A stretch of DNA of 61,755 nucleotides, filler included, from Sphacelaria rigidula (taxonomy: Eukaryota): the NCBI GenBank assembly GCA_964200075.2. It is 6 parts of 6 records of this genome, joined end to end, with 100 filler letters (N's around TTAATTAATTAA, not from the genome) between each part and the next. Parts side by side here need not be neighbours in the genome. Positions count along the whole stretch, not along the records: positions 1 to 10,210 come from CAXNAA020006923.1; positions 10,311 to 20,520 come from CAXNAA020006924.1; 4 more parts are not named here. One strand, given 5' to 3'. The position numbers were made by a program, and so were the translations under genes. The notes beneath the pieces are model-generated. The model saw nothing but the letters and a program-made list of their open reading frames with translations, made no database searches and was not told where the DNA came from. Below, one piece after another: positions 1 to 13,027 of the stretch (position 1 is the first letter of the stretch; each line of letters opens with the position of its first letter).

Positions 1-455
1 GATGGGTTGATCCCTTGAGACCACGGACTCATCCCGAAAAGGGGAGGGGTTCAACGTGTGAGGGAAAAAAAAACAAAAACGTTCTGGGCAGTTCTCAGCT
101 ACCGAAATCAGCCGCCTATATACAGCTCTTTCGTCCACGCCCACTTCATACATGGTTACTGCGTTCTGCGAGGCATCGGTAGAGGGATAGGCGACACTCA
201 TGACTATAGCCCGTTCTCTCCTCCCACGGCCTGGCTGGGTTTAGTGCTTCGCGAAAATGACCACATTGTGGCATGTACGCTTTTCCCTTCCCCCCCACCC
301 CCCCCTCCCGATCGTGTGTTGGTGCAATTTCTACATCGAAGTACAGGCTGGCGACTCAAGAAAACATGAGAAATCACGGGAGCGCTATGCTCAATGCGAG
401 TAGAACGATAAATCGTTCCCCGAGCATCCGGGCTTTGCATACCAGCGAATACATT

Positions 456-583
456 TTATTTGTGCCAGGGACAGGGCCCCCACACGATCTTGGCAGTGAC
501 ATCAAACTCGGTATCAATCCCGGCGCTGATCGTTCGGGTGTGGTCGATAAATTTCGCCTCGCCGTGATTGGGCATGTCACTCC
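456..583 (-). CDS. Candidate terminal coding exon of an unidentified gene (GSDMPNHGEAKFIDHTRTISAGIDTEFDVTAKIVWGPCPWHK*)
   Basis: CAG acceptor at 584-586 and an open frame to TAA at 456-458. A second exon-like segment at ~3701-3783 (SFVFTSWHNTVQLVIVLSVVEFALENE|gt) lies upstream on the same strand. No family recognised. Confidence 0.3.
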
Positions 584-1909
584 CTGACTTATAATTTACT
601 CCCTCTTACCGCGAATATAAGCAAGATTTGAACAAAGCGCGGTCTAACGCGGGTGTGCAGAACTCTTTTTCCGAACAGTTTTATTTGTTGGTTCCGCCGC
701 GCTGGCGCGCAGCGCGCAAGACTGCTGCTTTTTTCAAACCACATAAAAAAGTGTGTTTCACCCCACAGCAGACGGCGCCCGATTTCACCACCCCAACTTT
801 GAAGCTCCGGTCAAGCGCGTTCCCATCGGCTGGTGGGAAATGTCCGCTGCCGGGAGTGCCCCTCGGGCAGAAACGCAAGAATATCAACGTCTCGGAGAGA
901 CGAGGTGGTTCGCTACCTTCTCGCCGGTAGCGAGGAAAGGGTTCGGCGGCGTTTTCTATGATTACGCCAACCCGGGGATGAAAATAAACTTTGCCCTTCC
1001 TCTTCGACGGGGCACTTGGTTTTCCTCATCTAATGTCTAACCCAATTTCAGCTATTCGGAGTATCCCTATCAAACTTGGCATGCAGTCTGTTTGTCTCAT
1101 CGCTGGGTACAATCACGCCAGATTTCCACACAGACGTGCATACATGTACCGTACTCTACCGACAGTGCAGTGCACTATTAGTTGGACATAACGATAGAAC
1201 CCTTGCCCGGAACTTCGAGCTTTTGCGAAACCTGAAAGTTGATTCATGGACATGTGTGCGATCATCTATCTTCATTCACGTTAGGCCGGAACAGCTTCGG
1301 ACCGTCCTTAGGACGTCAGCAGTTGGTACCACGCCATCACACACTACTTAATTTGCGGTTTACGCTATCGCGGATGTCGCTGTTGGTTATCAGATGTTGC
1401 TTTGAAGCTATTGATCGATCGACTCTGCGCCTTGTCCGAAATACGAGCCAGAAGAAACATGAGCCGTAAAGAGAGTAACGACACCCACGGCGCATCTGGT
1501 ATCCATCAGAAGCCTCACATACAGCGTGCACTCGCACACAGCGGAAAGAGACACGATCATGACCTCGGCCCGGGGGCGATATGCTGTCTACAAGATTCCG
1601 AACAAACGTAACTGCTGGGGATGTCGTGACGAAAAACTTTTCTCAATTAATACAACCGTGAAGGTCACCCAAAAATGGCGCGCAACGGCTTCAATTATCC
1701 GGCCCCAAAAACGTTGTCGGTCGGACGGTCACCGTAAAATCTTCCTCCCATCGACATGCTTATATTCTCACGATCATCACTACAACAGTATGTGTCGTCG
1801 AGGGTGCCCCTGCGTGTCTTGCTCCCCATCTTGCACCATTTCCCTGTTTTGGTTTCCTAGGGAAATGAAGAACCCCGACCTTTTCTTTGTATCGTCCACA
1901 CCCTGGACT

Positions 1910-3430
1910 TTAAACGGCATCTATTGCGATAGCAACATAATCTGCTGCAGTAGAGGCCAATATTGTCGTCCGTAATGGCCATCGATCGGCAATTTTCTCT
2001 TCCTGTTATCGTTGGCAATGTCTATCGATAGACCAGTTTCCCACACTTTTGTCCGGGCAGCAGTCTGTTGTGGCCCTACAACGAAAACTATCACGGCCGA
2101 CCAAATGCATCGATCGATAGCTTTACAAATCTAACGATGACGGCAATGGCTATCGGTGGACCGCGTGTCAAATCTATTGATGACGATGGCTATTGACATA
2201 TTCTTTACCAAATCTTTTGATGGCAATAGCTGTTGGTGGAGTGCGTATATATCTATGCATGGCGGCAACGAATAATGATTTAAACATACCAGAAACTGCT
2301 CTGGTATACAATGCCTATCGATAGATATTATCTGTCATCTATTGTAACAGCTACATCGCAACGCATATTATACTCCGTTACGGTACGGTAGAGGAGACGC
2401 AGGTGGGCATGCAGTGGGTATATAATGATTCTACTCGTCAATATATGGCATCACGTTTCTACAGTTTTGTAACGCTCGTATTTTGTAGGAGTCCGCAACA
2501 TGTGTTTTTTGTCGTCGGTGTGATGTTGGTACTTATGGTTGTCCCTCTGATGGACATAAGCGCTTACAGTACTCTTGTGTGTGGGTGAGTTGTGCTTATA
2601 CCCTGGACAACAGACTAGAGTATGTAATAGAACATTGGCGATGCAATAGCCCCGAACATTTGACTGTCAATGTTAATCGTCAATCATAGTCGACTGGCAT
2701 CAATGTCTATCTATAGCTATTGTAGGTGAGAACAGATTCGGGACAAGGGACGGAATGTATCATTGCCGTGACAATGGAGGGCCCAAGTTCTCTATAGATA
2801 CACTTCATTTCTTGCAACAGGCTCTGAACTGCGCCCACCAATGTCTATCTCTAATCACAATAGGATCTGTCACGCGGCCACTAATATCCATTGCTGACCA
2901 CAAAAGTAGCTGAATGGCGTCGATCACTAGCGTTATGTACGCACATAGTTCGTGTCGTTGGCGTCACTGGCTATCGATGGGTGATTCCGAGAACAATCGA
3001 TTGTTGGCGGCAAGGCCCACATTGATGGTACCAAAAAATGCATTATCGGCAGCAGGGGCTACCGATATACGGCTGACCAATCTATTGATGACGGTAATAG
3101 GTATTGACAGTTGACTCGCCTCATTTATTGATGACGGCAATGACTATCGATGGATGGCTCATCAAACCTGTTGAGTATGGCAACGGCTATCGGTATATAC
3201 ATCCCAATATCTATTGCAGTACACGATGTCCATCTGTGGCGAGTGATGTTCATCTGCTGTAATTGCCATCGACTATCGATCGACGATTGCAACATATTCT
3301 GTCCCTCACAGTACATCTCAGTAGATGTGTTTCATCATCTATCGTGTTCGATAGTATATATCGATATATTTTCCCCATGTCTACTGCTGAAGCAGTGGAC
3401 TATTACTGTGTACATTGTCCAGAGTGTGGT
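1910..3430 (+). repeat. ATCGAT-rich ~1.5-kb repeat, copy 1, with internal ~40-bp subrepeats (aatctattgatgacggcaatggctatcgatag)
   Basis: Collinear diverged match to 4330-5180 and 6230-6490. Confidence 0.75.
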
Positions 3431-4098
3431 ATCGTCATCGTACACGCCCCTTGCGCAAAATTTCGAAGCTTGCATACTTTGCACGCTATTGCTACACACA
3501 TAACAAGAAGATTTGTTCGATTCCACGCATGATCGGTTTTTCATCTTATCTGGACTCGAAGCCTGTCCATTTACGTGCCGATATACCTCTTTTGGGACCG
3601 GCCATTGTTTCCGTTTCTTCATACACGTCTGAATTTCCGCACAATCGTAGATGATGACAAATATCGCCAGTTTTCGGGGCGTACGTTGCACACTTTACAC
3701 CTCATTCTCCAGGGCAAACTCCACCACGCTGAGCACGATCACCAACTGTACAGTGTTGTGCCAGCTTGTGAACACGAAGGAGGCTGGAAGACATGAACTC
3801 TCAACAAGTGCACGAATGACGTAATACTGTATGTACCTAAATGCAACATACACGTGAAAATGTACACCGCAAGACGTGAGTGAGGCTCAGCGGGCTTGCA
3901 GTCGTCGGCATGAGCAACATACGACGAAACCGCTGTTACAAGTATTTTGAAGTATGATATTGCCGTCAGCGATCGGTTTGGTCAAATCTTCCATGCTCAA
4001 ACAATGAGTACAGTGTTGATATCCTCTCTAACAAAGCACCTGACGAAGCAACTCTACTACTCATGAATAGACGTATTTTTCAGTGCACCAAGAGCATA

Positions 4099-4200
4099 GC
4101 CGGCCGCCTCGGTGGCTCAGTTGGTGACCACAAACCCTTCTGACATTGGGAACGGTGGGTTCGAATCTCGGCAAAGTCAACGATCTGGGATTATCTCTGA
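4099..4200 (+). mobile_element. tRNA-derived SINE head
   Basis: Pol III A box GTGGCTCAGTTGG and B box GGTTCGAATCTC; related heads at 29538, 51376, 51548 and 51880; no intact cloverleaf. Confidence 0.75.
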
Positions 4201-4329
4201 CATCATGCCCAACAGCGGAGAGCGACTTCATGGTGGGTACACAAGTTCGACCCGACGGTCGACGAGGGAACGCGACCACACACTGAACAGTAGACAAAAG
4301 ATGCTGCAATGGCACCAGGGTCTGCTGCA

Positions 4330-6490
4330 AGAGACGCCAATATTGTCGACAGTGATGGAAATCGATCGACGGGTTTTCCTGTCCGTTGTCATCGGTGATG
4401 GATTTCGATGGACTCTTTTCCCACCCTATCGCCCGGACAGTAGTTTTCTGTGACCCTACAGCGAAAGCTACCGAAGCCGACCAAATATATCGATGGATAG
4501 CTTCCTAGATCTATTAATGACGGCAATGGCTATCGATAGATCATGTACCAGGCCTATTGACTACGACAAGGACTTTCGATTGATTCTGTACCAAAATCAT
4601 TGATGGCGGCAATGCTTGTCGGTCGATACGTACCAGGATCTACCGTGGTACACATTACCTATCGATGGATATCCCCTGTCATCTATTGCCGCACCAGAAA
4701 TGCAATATGCTGTGTATGGAGTATATACTCCATGAACGTACGCTAGAGAGGTCGCAGTTGACGATGCGGTGGATATATGGTGCTACTATGGACCCTTGTG
4801 AAATAGTGTCATCACAATTCGACACATGCGGAACGGCTGTATGTTGTAGGAGTCCCCAACATGTGTGGACAGATATTTATGGTTTTTCTTGTTGATGTGG
4901 TGTTGGTACTCATGGTTCTCCCTATGACGGACGAGACCGCTCACAGGACCTATGTGCGTGGCTCAGATGTGCTCATTCCCTGAGCAACACACTATGTGCC
5001 TATTGATGTCCGTTGTCAGCCACAGTCGACTGACATCACTGTCTGTCGATGGAACTTGATAACAACATACTCGGAACAAGGGACAGAATCCATCTTTGCC
5101 GCGACAATGGGCTGGCCAAGTCGTTTATCGATACAAGTAAATTTGTCGCGATAGGCTCTGAATTGCATCCAAGCATCTCAAGTTTGCGGTGGATGGACCT
5201 AACGTCCACGAAAGCTGTTACCCGTTATGGCCTCGGGTAGTTATGTGGATACAGCTTGTGTTTGGTGTACTGCCGTTGATGCCGGAAGAACACTGCTGTG
5301 GACAATATATATATGTATATATTTTATATATGTACATGTATCATTTCACAGTTTTCACCACTTTTGCCGAGTTTTCTCTGGCCGCAAGGCATTTCTTTTG
5401 TAGCGCATTGAAAAGGGTCAGCGGTAGATTACCGTTCAGGTTTGGGTATTTTCTGATACCTGTGGTGCGTGTTCTGGTCATCGAAAGTCGCTCAAACTGG
5501 CCCTTTTTCGCGGGGTGTCGATCCCAAACCACAAATGCTTTTTCAAAATCATGGAAAAATTGAAACAAGAACCCGAACCACAAGAAACTCCGATTGAAGA
5601 TCATGGGAGATTTCAAACATGATGATTTCTGGCGGGGTATCTTTTCCCCGTGTTTCTCTTCGTCGAGTTCTCGTTTATTTGGGAGCACGAACACACCGGT
5701 TACGCCGCCAATGTCACGAGAGCATGAGAGTAAAGCAGTAAAAAACAATTATACATCACCTTGGCCTAGGTCAGCAGCGAACACAAGACCGTGAATGGGT
5801 CGTTGGCGACGTGAACAAGGCACAGCAGCACGGCAGCACAGGAATGTTTTGCCGCGGAACAATCACCTCGTTTAAAAAAAGGCCCGGTGATGTGGGAGCG
5901 ACAGTATGTACAAAGAACATGTCCAGAATGTTCCACGCAATCAGATGTTTCGGGAGTGCCTGCCGGTGTCATGTCTTTGTGGTGTGAGCGCTACTTCGCA
6001 TTCTGACACCTCGGGAATAACACACATGTCCTACACCGGCGGTTCCGCCGTCGGCCCCCGTCGAAATTCCCACATTCCCGAACGACAGCCGGTCACACGT
6101 GCGATGCTTTGTACCACCACGATCACTACTGTACATTGAGAACAACAGCCTCTCTTCATCATATTTTTTTCTACTTGCGTGATCCCCACGAGGCCCCTAC
6201 CAACTTCCCGAAGGGGAACCTTACATGAATATATGATTCCAAACCTCTTGTTGGCAGCATTGGCTATCGATAGATTTTACCAGAATTCAGTGCGGTATAT
6301 AAGATCTGTCGATGACCAATGATCTTCATTTATTACAGTTGCAGAGGGCCATCGATCGACGGTTGCAAATTATTTTGTCTTCCCATCAATCAACGCATTT
6401 CACCGTATATTGTGTTCGACAATATATCACGACATATTGCCCCCGCGTCTATTATTGGAGGAGTGGAAAGTTGTTGCGTTTACTGTAAAC
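4330..6490 (+). repeat. ATCGAT-rich repeat, copy 2, interrupted by unrelated sequence at ~5180-6230
   Basis: 4380-5170 matches 2000-2830; 6230-6490 matches 3150-3420. Confidence 0.7.
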
Positions 6491-6559
6491 AGCGTGAAAG
6501 GGATCGTCGAACCCTCCTCGTGATAAATAGGAAGAAAAGGACTACAGAAGGGAGGTGGA

Positions 6560-6650
6560 GAGTATCCGATCAAACTTGAAATATCCTGTGTTTACCGTCC
6601 TCCTGTGTGACCCCGACTGATGCGCACACATATTCCGAAGGTATAGCCAC
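6560..6650 (-). repeat. Interspersed repeat fragment (cctttcggtatatgtgggcgcac..gggtcacacagg family)
   Basis: Same motif at 22500-22580 (-), 30295-30420 (+) and 43805-43860 (+). Confidence 0.7.
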
Positions 6651-8379
6651 GCGTTCAGAAAAGATGGTACCACAACACCAACAAACACACCGAGCCCTAA
6701 CGTGATCCTTGTACACCATTGCCGGTAACGAGAAGGCCATGACGGAAGACGGAACAACGAGGAATAAATCTCGGAGTTTTTTTGTCAAGCTAAGGGCGCA
6801 TTCCTTGTCTCGAACGATACCTTCCACCATATCCTACTCTTATCCGAAGTATTTATATATGTTAGAAAGTATAGCGTTAGTTCTGTGTGATTGTGTTCCG
6901 AATTTCATAATGGAATATGACGGTTGCGTTTGACCACAAATGAGCATTTGTCGTACCAGCTTTTGGAAACTATCCGTCGTCAGGTTGTCCCCTGCCGTGG
7001 TAGAATCGAGTACGAGTCGTTGGGGGAGTTAGTCATGGACATGGGCTAAAGTCGAAGGCCAGTATCGTGTTTGTTTCATCCTTCATCGTTTCTACTGACT
7101 TTACCATGTGTTGTTTGAGAGGTGCTATAAAAGCGTGACACTTGGTCAGGCGTGACACCGGTCACGTGAACGTTGCCGTCCAACAACAACGCCGTCGACC
7201 CACTCTTGCGGAACGATACGGAACCTATACTAACTCCGGTGTTGGTGCGAACTCACTGCGCAACAACCGGAAGACTTTGATCATCTAGTACCGCACGTTA
7301 CGTGCACCAAATGAACAAGTCGGTAGTCCATACACACGATTATCCTACTAGGTCTGCACAACCGATAACGACCAGCAGGGCCGGTAGTAGCCATATCAGG
7401 CTGGAAAGCTGAAATCAACACCTTCATGGCCGCGAGACGCTAGTGGTTGAACATATGACATATCCACACGTCGGACAACTCAACTCAGGTTGACTCTAGA
7501 TCGCTCTTTCCCCGAAACTCACTCGTGGGTTATAGCAACATCACTCTTCAGTTATCATCATAACCCAGCGGTGTATTTTCTGATCGGGTCAGTTAGACTG
7601 ACTTGTATGGCAGTCGAAAAAACAGATCTGTACGCAGATTAGGGGACCTCAGATTCGGAAACGCATTGTATGGATCCCAATTTGACACAAACCTGAGCTC
7701 AGATCCGTGGAAAATCGAGGTCCTCCGAATCTGTAGCAATTGACGTCCGTATGTTGACGTGCAGTGATGGGGAAGCAGGCGTTTGTTATTTCTGCAACAA
7801 CAGCAGCAGACAGTCTCGTGACAGCACAGGCAGTGCCTGCGAGCGCCGGCTGCTGGAGCAGCTCCGCACGGGGTTTGACAAGCGGATGAGAAGTGTTCGA
7901 CGCCATACCCTGCGGTGATGGAAAAATGTTATGCCGCACTGTGCTGCTGTACGTATCATTATAACGAACGGTGTTGTACTATCCTACACTCTGCTGTCGC
8001 GGTTGTTGCAGGGTGATAAATGACACTGCACTTGTGAACTCTTGCCGAACACTGCGCACCGTTCTCGCAATACCGACTGTACCATCATGTATTACCACAC
8101 GGAATTATTCTTTACTGTGATTGTGGAGTGTACTGTACAGCATCATATCCTACGGTACCACGGTACGACGCTGCTCTTGAAGGGTGATTCCCTTCCTGCC
8201 TATTCTTCGGCTTCACTGTGAAACCACACCCGCTTAGAAGATGAGCGTTCGTGTACAGAACAATTTCAACAAATCTGTGAAGCCATACAGGGGTACAGAC
8301 GAATCTGAGTTTCACGAATCTGGGTCCCCCCGATTTGGCACAGATTCGGGTCCCGCCAGATTCGGGAATTGTCTTCCAT

Positions 8380-8650
8380 ACGAGTCGGTCTTATAGCAAC
8401 ATAACTCGTGGGTGGACATGCTGGCTGGGTCAATTACAGAATATAGGTCAGCGGTGCATATTCTCGTGGGGTGGGTTGGGGAACATAATTCAACGTTGCA
8501 TGTCGTGGCGAGCTAAGTTCAACAACGTAACTCAGTGGTCTCATATTCTGGCCGGGTGAAGCATAAAACTAACACCGCGGTGCAAATTCTGATCAGGTAA
8601 ACTAGAAAACATAACTTATCTGTGCAAGATCTGGCCGGGTGAGCTGTACC
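8380..8650 (+). repeat. Degenerate ~37-bp minisatellite
   Basis: Recurring unit ggccgggtga..aacataactc..gtggtgcatattct; related sequence at 7500-7600. Confidence 0.55.
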
Positions 8651-9835
8651 TCACTACGTGAGTTACACAGCATACTGTAGCTCAGTGATTGCATTAGTTG
8701 TCCGACTTTTACCCAAGTACAGCATGTGCAAACTCATCACCAGAAAAGAATTGCACTCATTTGGGAAACAACGGACCAGCCTAACAATATGGTTTCTTCT
8801 CTTGGCTAGTGTTGTATTACGCGGTAACCATTACTACATGCAACAAACGGCACTGAAGGCTGCAGACAGCAGTGTTAACACTACCAGTAGTAATATTACT
8901 ATTGTAAAAGTATCAGATACAGCGTGACGATGGATAACACCATCTTCTTTCCTCGGAGATCAGTTCTCTAGTCTCGGTTTCTTGGGGAGCAGTGCTCCAC
9001 ATTTAATCACCCCGTCGAGTATCAGACGAGATCGAAGAAATATCTTCGACAGCCCATCCCCCTATGACGTACACGTCGCGATTTGGGACAGCAATTGGTC
9101 AACAATTCATCCAGTGAGGGTATTATACCCGAAACGTGCTGGATCACCAAGCCGAAGAGAAGCGGCAAAGCTTAGATGGATCTCACCTTGGTGGAAAGTC
9201 CAGCTGAGAGAAAAACGACAGTTTCTCGCCGTTGCGATACCACTGACACTCTGATGACGCCTTTTCGCCTGTCTCGAAGCCTTCAACCTACAACCTGCGG
9301 CCAGTATTCCCGTCCCTTCGGGCAGAATAGCAGAACCAATCGGCAAGATTAGAACCAGTTCTACAGCACGATTTGAGCAGACCCGCCGGTCCAACCAATA
9401 CGTTGACCGCTTCCCGATGCGCTTCCCATCTTCAGTCGCATCCAAGACTGTCAATCCTGGTAAAGCGATATTCAGCTAGGACTTTTGAGGGACAAGTCCG
9501 CCGTTAAAAGGCATCAAGCCGTCTCTTCTGATAAACATACCTGGCATGTTGGTATGGCGGATTGAGTCAGCACTCACGCTGCGCGTCGGAGTTCATCAAA
9601 TTCTCGTGCTGGTGTCCTTGTTAGCAAACAAGACAGGATTCGGATACATACTTGAATTGCTCAGAAAACGGGTGTTCGAATTCGAACCCTCGACTTCGCC
9701 CTCTTGCAATTCAGCCGGTCACAATCCGTCGCGGGGTGGCGTCGTGATGCTCTCTCAAATCTGAAACAGAGCAAGTGCACCGACAAACACAGAACAGGTG
9801 ACACCTGTGACGGGTTAAGAGACAACCAACTAGAA

Positions 9836-9940
9836 TTCTGACCAGTGAGCGCTGACTTGTGAGTAGTCTCGTTGGTTGTCTGTTGAACCGCCATAAAAGG
9901 GAGTCGTGGGTTCGATTCCCGTCGAACGCACTTTCTTTGA
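9836..9940 (+). mobile_element. Second tRNA-like SINE head family
   Basis: agtagtctcgttggt ... gggttcgattccc (A/B-box-like); similar sequence at 41240-41315. Confidence 0.55.
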
Positions 9941-10210
9941 AGAAAAAAGAGGAGAGGAAACCTTTGTAAGTACGTGACCCCAAGAGAGAAACTTCTGTAA
10001 AGGATTGGCCCCAAGGAAGGGGTACATCAGGAGTGGAAATGACGAAGCCCAACACCCTACGAACTCCCTTTTTGGGCCCGATTTTTCAAACAAAAAAACG
10101 TGATTTTCTTCGTAATTCGAATGTTGCCGCTACGTGCCGCGTTTGTATCAAGACTTGGTCTGGCAAGGGGCCTCACAGACTGGAAAACGGTTTATACGCC
10201 TCACCCCCTC

Positions 10211-10310
10211 NNNNNNNNNNNNNNNNNNNNNNNNNNNNNNNNNNNNNNNNNNNNTTAATTAATTAANNNNNNNNNNNNNNNNNNNNNNNNNNNNNNNNNN
10301 NNNNNNNNNN
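10211..10310. other. Assembly linker (44 N + TTAATTAATTAA + 44 N) between contigs 1 and 2
   Basis: Seen directly; an identical 100-nt spacer recurs five times. Confidence 0.99.
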
Positions 10311-10660
10311 CGGCTTTGTAGGGATGCGAGGTCAATGGTCTGATGACTATGGCATGCATGATCATGAGTACACCCTACAACCCCACCTATGGTGAGACAC
10401 CCATGAGGCAGTGTGTAACACGTGGCTACCTGTGGATTTGACGATACCAGACGATGAAGCAACTCATTGTAGACGGCCATCCATATCCAAGACAATCAGT
10501 ACGCTTCGAGCCGAACAGTCTCAGCAGGATGTTGTTCACCCCTGATGCGACTCGCCGAACACATCACGGCGCTTCGCGCTTGGTAATTGCAAGCCTGGCC
10601 TGGAGAAAACCCAGCGTGCTCTGTCCAGGCTTTGTTGGGATACGAGGTCGATAGTCGAAT
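10311..10660 (+). repeat. Two fragments of the abundant ~600-bp interspersed repeat (tail: ggctttgtagggatgcgaggtcaatggtc.atgactac/tggcatgcaagatcatgagtacaccc)
   Basis: Homologous to 30420-30630, 53570-53700, 56180-56500, 58500-59050, 59770-60240, 61280-61345 and 61620-61740. Confidence 0.85.
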
Positions 10661-12895
10661 GACAGTAGTAGGCGCCTGAACTATTTATTGTTCACGAGGG
10701 TTTTTTCTCGCGACTACTCTTCGATAGAGCTCGAAAGTGCTAGCGTCAGTAGATTTTGGTAAAATAAACATATCATCTTCCCCCCCCCAGTGCCCAAGTT
10801 AGTGTTAGTTGATTTTATCGGGGGATACGAGTAGATATCCCGTTCATCAGGAGGGTGTCATTGACTGTGAGACGGTTTTTCTACTCTAGTGCAGTGAGTA
10901 AGCAGAATTAAAAAAAGACAATCCTGTACATTTCTTCAGCGTCCACCGCCTGATGATGTTTCGGTGAAAATCACTTCTGAAATTATGGTGGAAGCGTCCA
11001 AGATGATTTAATATTTTTGTCTAAAACCCTGTATTTCCCGGACACGGGAGACGGAGGAGTGGGGTTACTCGTTATAACGCTGGACACTAGGGATGTCCGT
11101 CGCAGCCTACTGTCGCAGGAGGACCTTAGGTATATGGCCCATGATGGAGTGATGACGGTCTGCGGAGGGTCTTTCACCGAGGAGGTCGTTTCACTTCTCA
11201 ATAGCCACTCAAAACCTGCGATAAAGACTTGCTGTGTTGAAGTGCTCGTCATCTTCCAGATATTCATAGGTAGGGCACATCGCGAAAAAAAATGCCTCAA
11301 CACGACGAAAAAAAAACATGACTTCCTCCAAGATCCAATTCCGTCAGACTACGGTATCTTCGAGGAAACTATATTTGCTGAACAGAAAATCCGCCACACC
11401 ACAGTCATCTCGCATTTGACACTGCGAGTAGCAATCCTGAGCCGCAGCATCGGGGCTGCCTGTTCCCTCTAGAAGTTGAGTTGTTAAGGTCCACCAAATA
11501 GTCTGCAGAAAGGGGCGTGTCGTATACGCTCCACTTCCAACCTATAGCCAGTACTGTATTACATGCATACGTTCTCGTATTCACAACAGCCAGCACTCGG
11601 ATGATGGCATGAATCCTGCTATTATGTTGCTGCCCACAGATCTGCCACACAGTGCACTTGTACAAAGTAAATAGGTGCAGTACGGGGATCCCTGTACACG
11701 CATGTTGGAGTGTGAGTTGCTGAGTGTACACTACCAACATCAGCAAAAAAACGAGGGGATGTTGTGTGAAGCGCCGACTTTTGTGTTTCAAGTCTCACTT
11801 TCAAATCCTCCCCTGCCTTGGGACAAGTCCGTGGTCTACTAATCTCAAGGAATCAACCCACCTACCCATCTTTCCCGCTGCACACGCCTTACATCTTGGT
11901 CTCGCGGATCGGATCATGACCATCAGTACCCCCGCACGGCGTCGAATCTCGTCAAATAATCTCAGCCAAACAAACTAATTTCGCTGCTTACGCCCTCAAG
12001 CTCTCAACCACATAAATTAGATACCTCTGAGGAGAAAAACAAACCAAGGTTATCTCTCGATTCACTCAATTCGAAGCACACAGTAGGGGCTAGATTGGAG
12101 TATATTGTGTACCGCCGGTAGAGGACGCGATCCACTCTGTCGTCCGCCCCAGCTTTCCCATCGCTACTTTATTTTTTGCAGCTTTTGGGGTTTCAACACC
12201 CGGAATAGAGATTTTTCTGTATTGCGGACGAAAAACAAAATGCAGCTTTGTGCTGACTCTTGGCCACGAGAGAAGGTGAAAACGAACTGCCAGGGCACAT
12301 CTAGGCAGAGCCCTGAATGTCATACCAATCAGCTGTCCAGCGGTATCTGGCACGAGGTCGAACCCTTCAACTCACATTGCGCAATACAACAAAAGAAGTT
12401 TCCTCAAGAATGGCCACTGTACCTTGAAAGCGGGATTTTAGTCTGGCAAGGGGACAACAATCGAATCCGGGGCGCGAGGATGACTGTATGTATGTATTGT
12501 CAGACTGTACTGCTATTTCTCTGACTAGATGCTACTACACCGTTGCACGCATTCTCCAGTTTGATTAATTCCGCTTTCAGACGCACTGATGGAACAACAA
12601 CAATCAGAACACATAAACGACACCGCGATTTCGCACCAAGTGTCCAGTTGGGACCCGGTTTTTTTTCTTCATTTACTTCGTACAACGAAGAGAATTTAGG
12701 CGCTACACCCCGTGAGAAAAACATCTCCTCCGGTTGCTGTATTACCTACTGCAGCAAACACAGCGTACTGATGCTGCTCCCACAACTACATACTGTGGCT
12801 GGTTGATTTATAGATCAGTGCCACCACATGCTTGAGTATCGACATGGTCAAGCAACATGCGCGATGCAAGAATGATCGCTTTAAAAAATATATAC

Positions 12896-13027
12896 CTGAG
12901 ATTTTCCCAGCTGCAAGAAGATGAGCCCCACCAACAAAGCCACCACGATGGCCTGAGCCAGTCTCACCCTCGTCAGCACCGGCTCTCTGCGGTACATGAT
13001 TAGCGTGCGTTTGTACACCTCCACCAC
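12896..13027 (-). CDS. ABCG/White-type ABC transporter exon (VVEVYKRTLIMYRREPVLTRVRLAQAIVVALLVGLIFLQLGKSQ; first transmembrane helix)
   Basis: cag|GTG ... CAG|gtatat, phase 0-0; matches the ABCG 'R...RdP.....R......L..G..F' TMD start; alternative in-frame acceptor at 13066. Confidence 0.88.

Noticed and set aside
4099-4180. Functional tRNA genes (also 29538, 51376 and 9836)
   Set aside because: A and B boxes are present, but the acceptor and anticodon stems do not pair; the multiple diverged copies indicate SINEs
10255-10266. TTAATTAATTAA palindrome as a biological motif
   Set aside because: Synthetic six-frame-stop linker embedded in N runs
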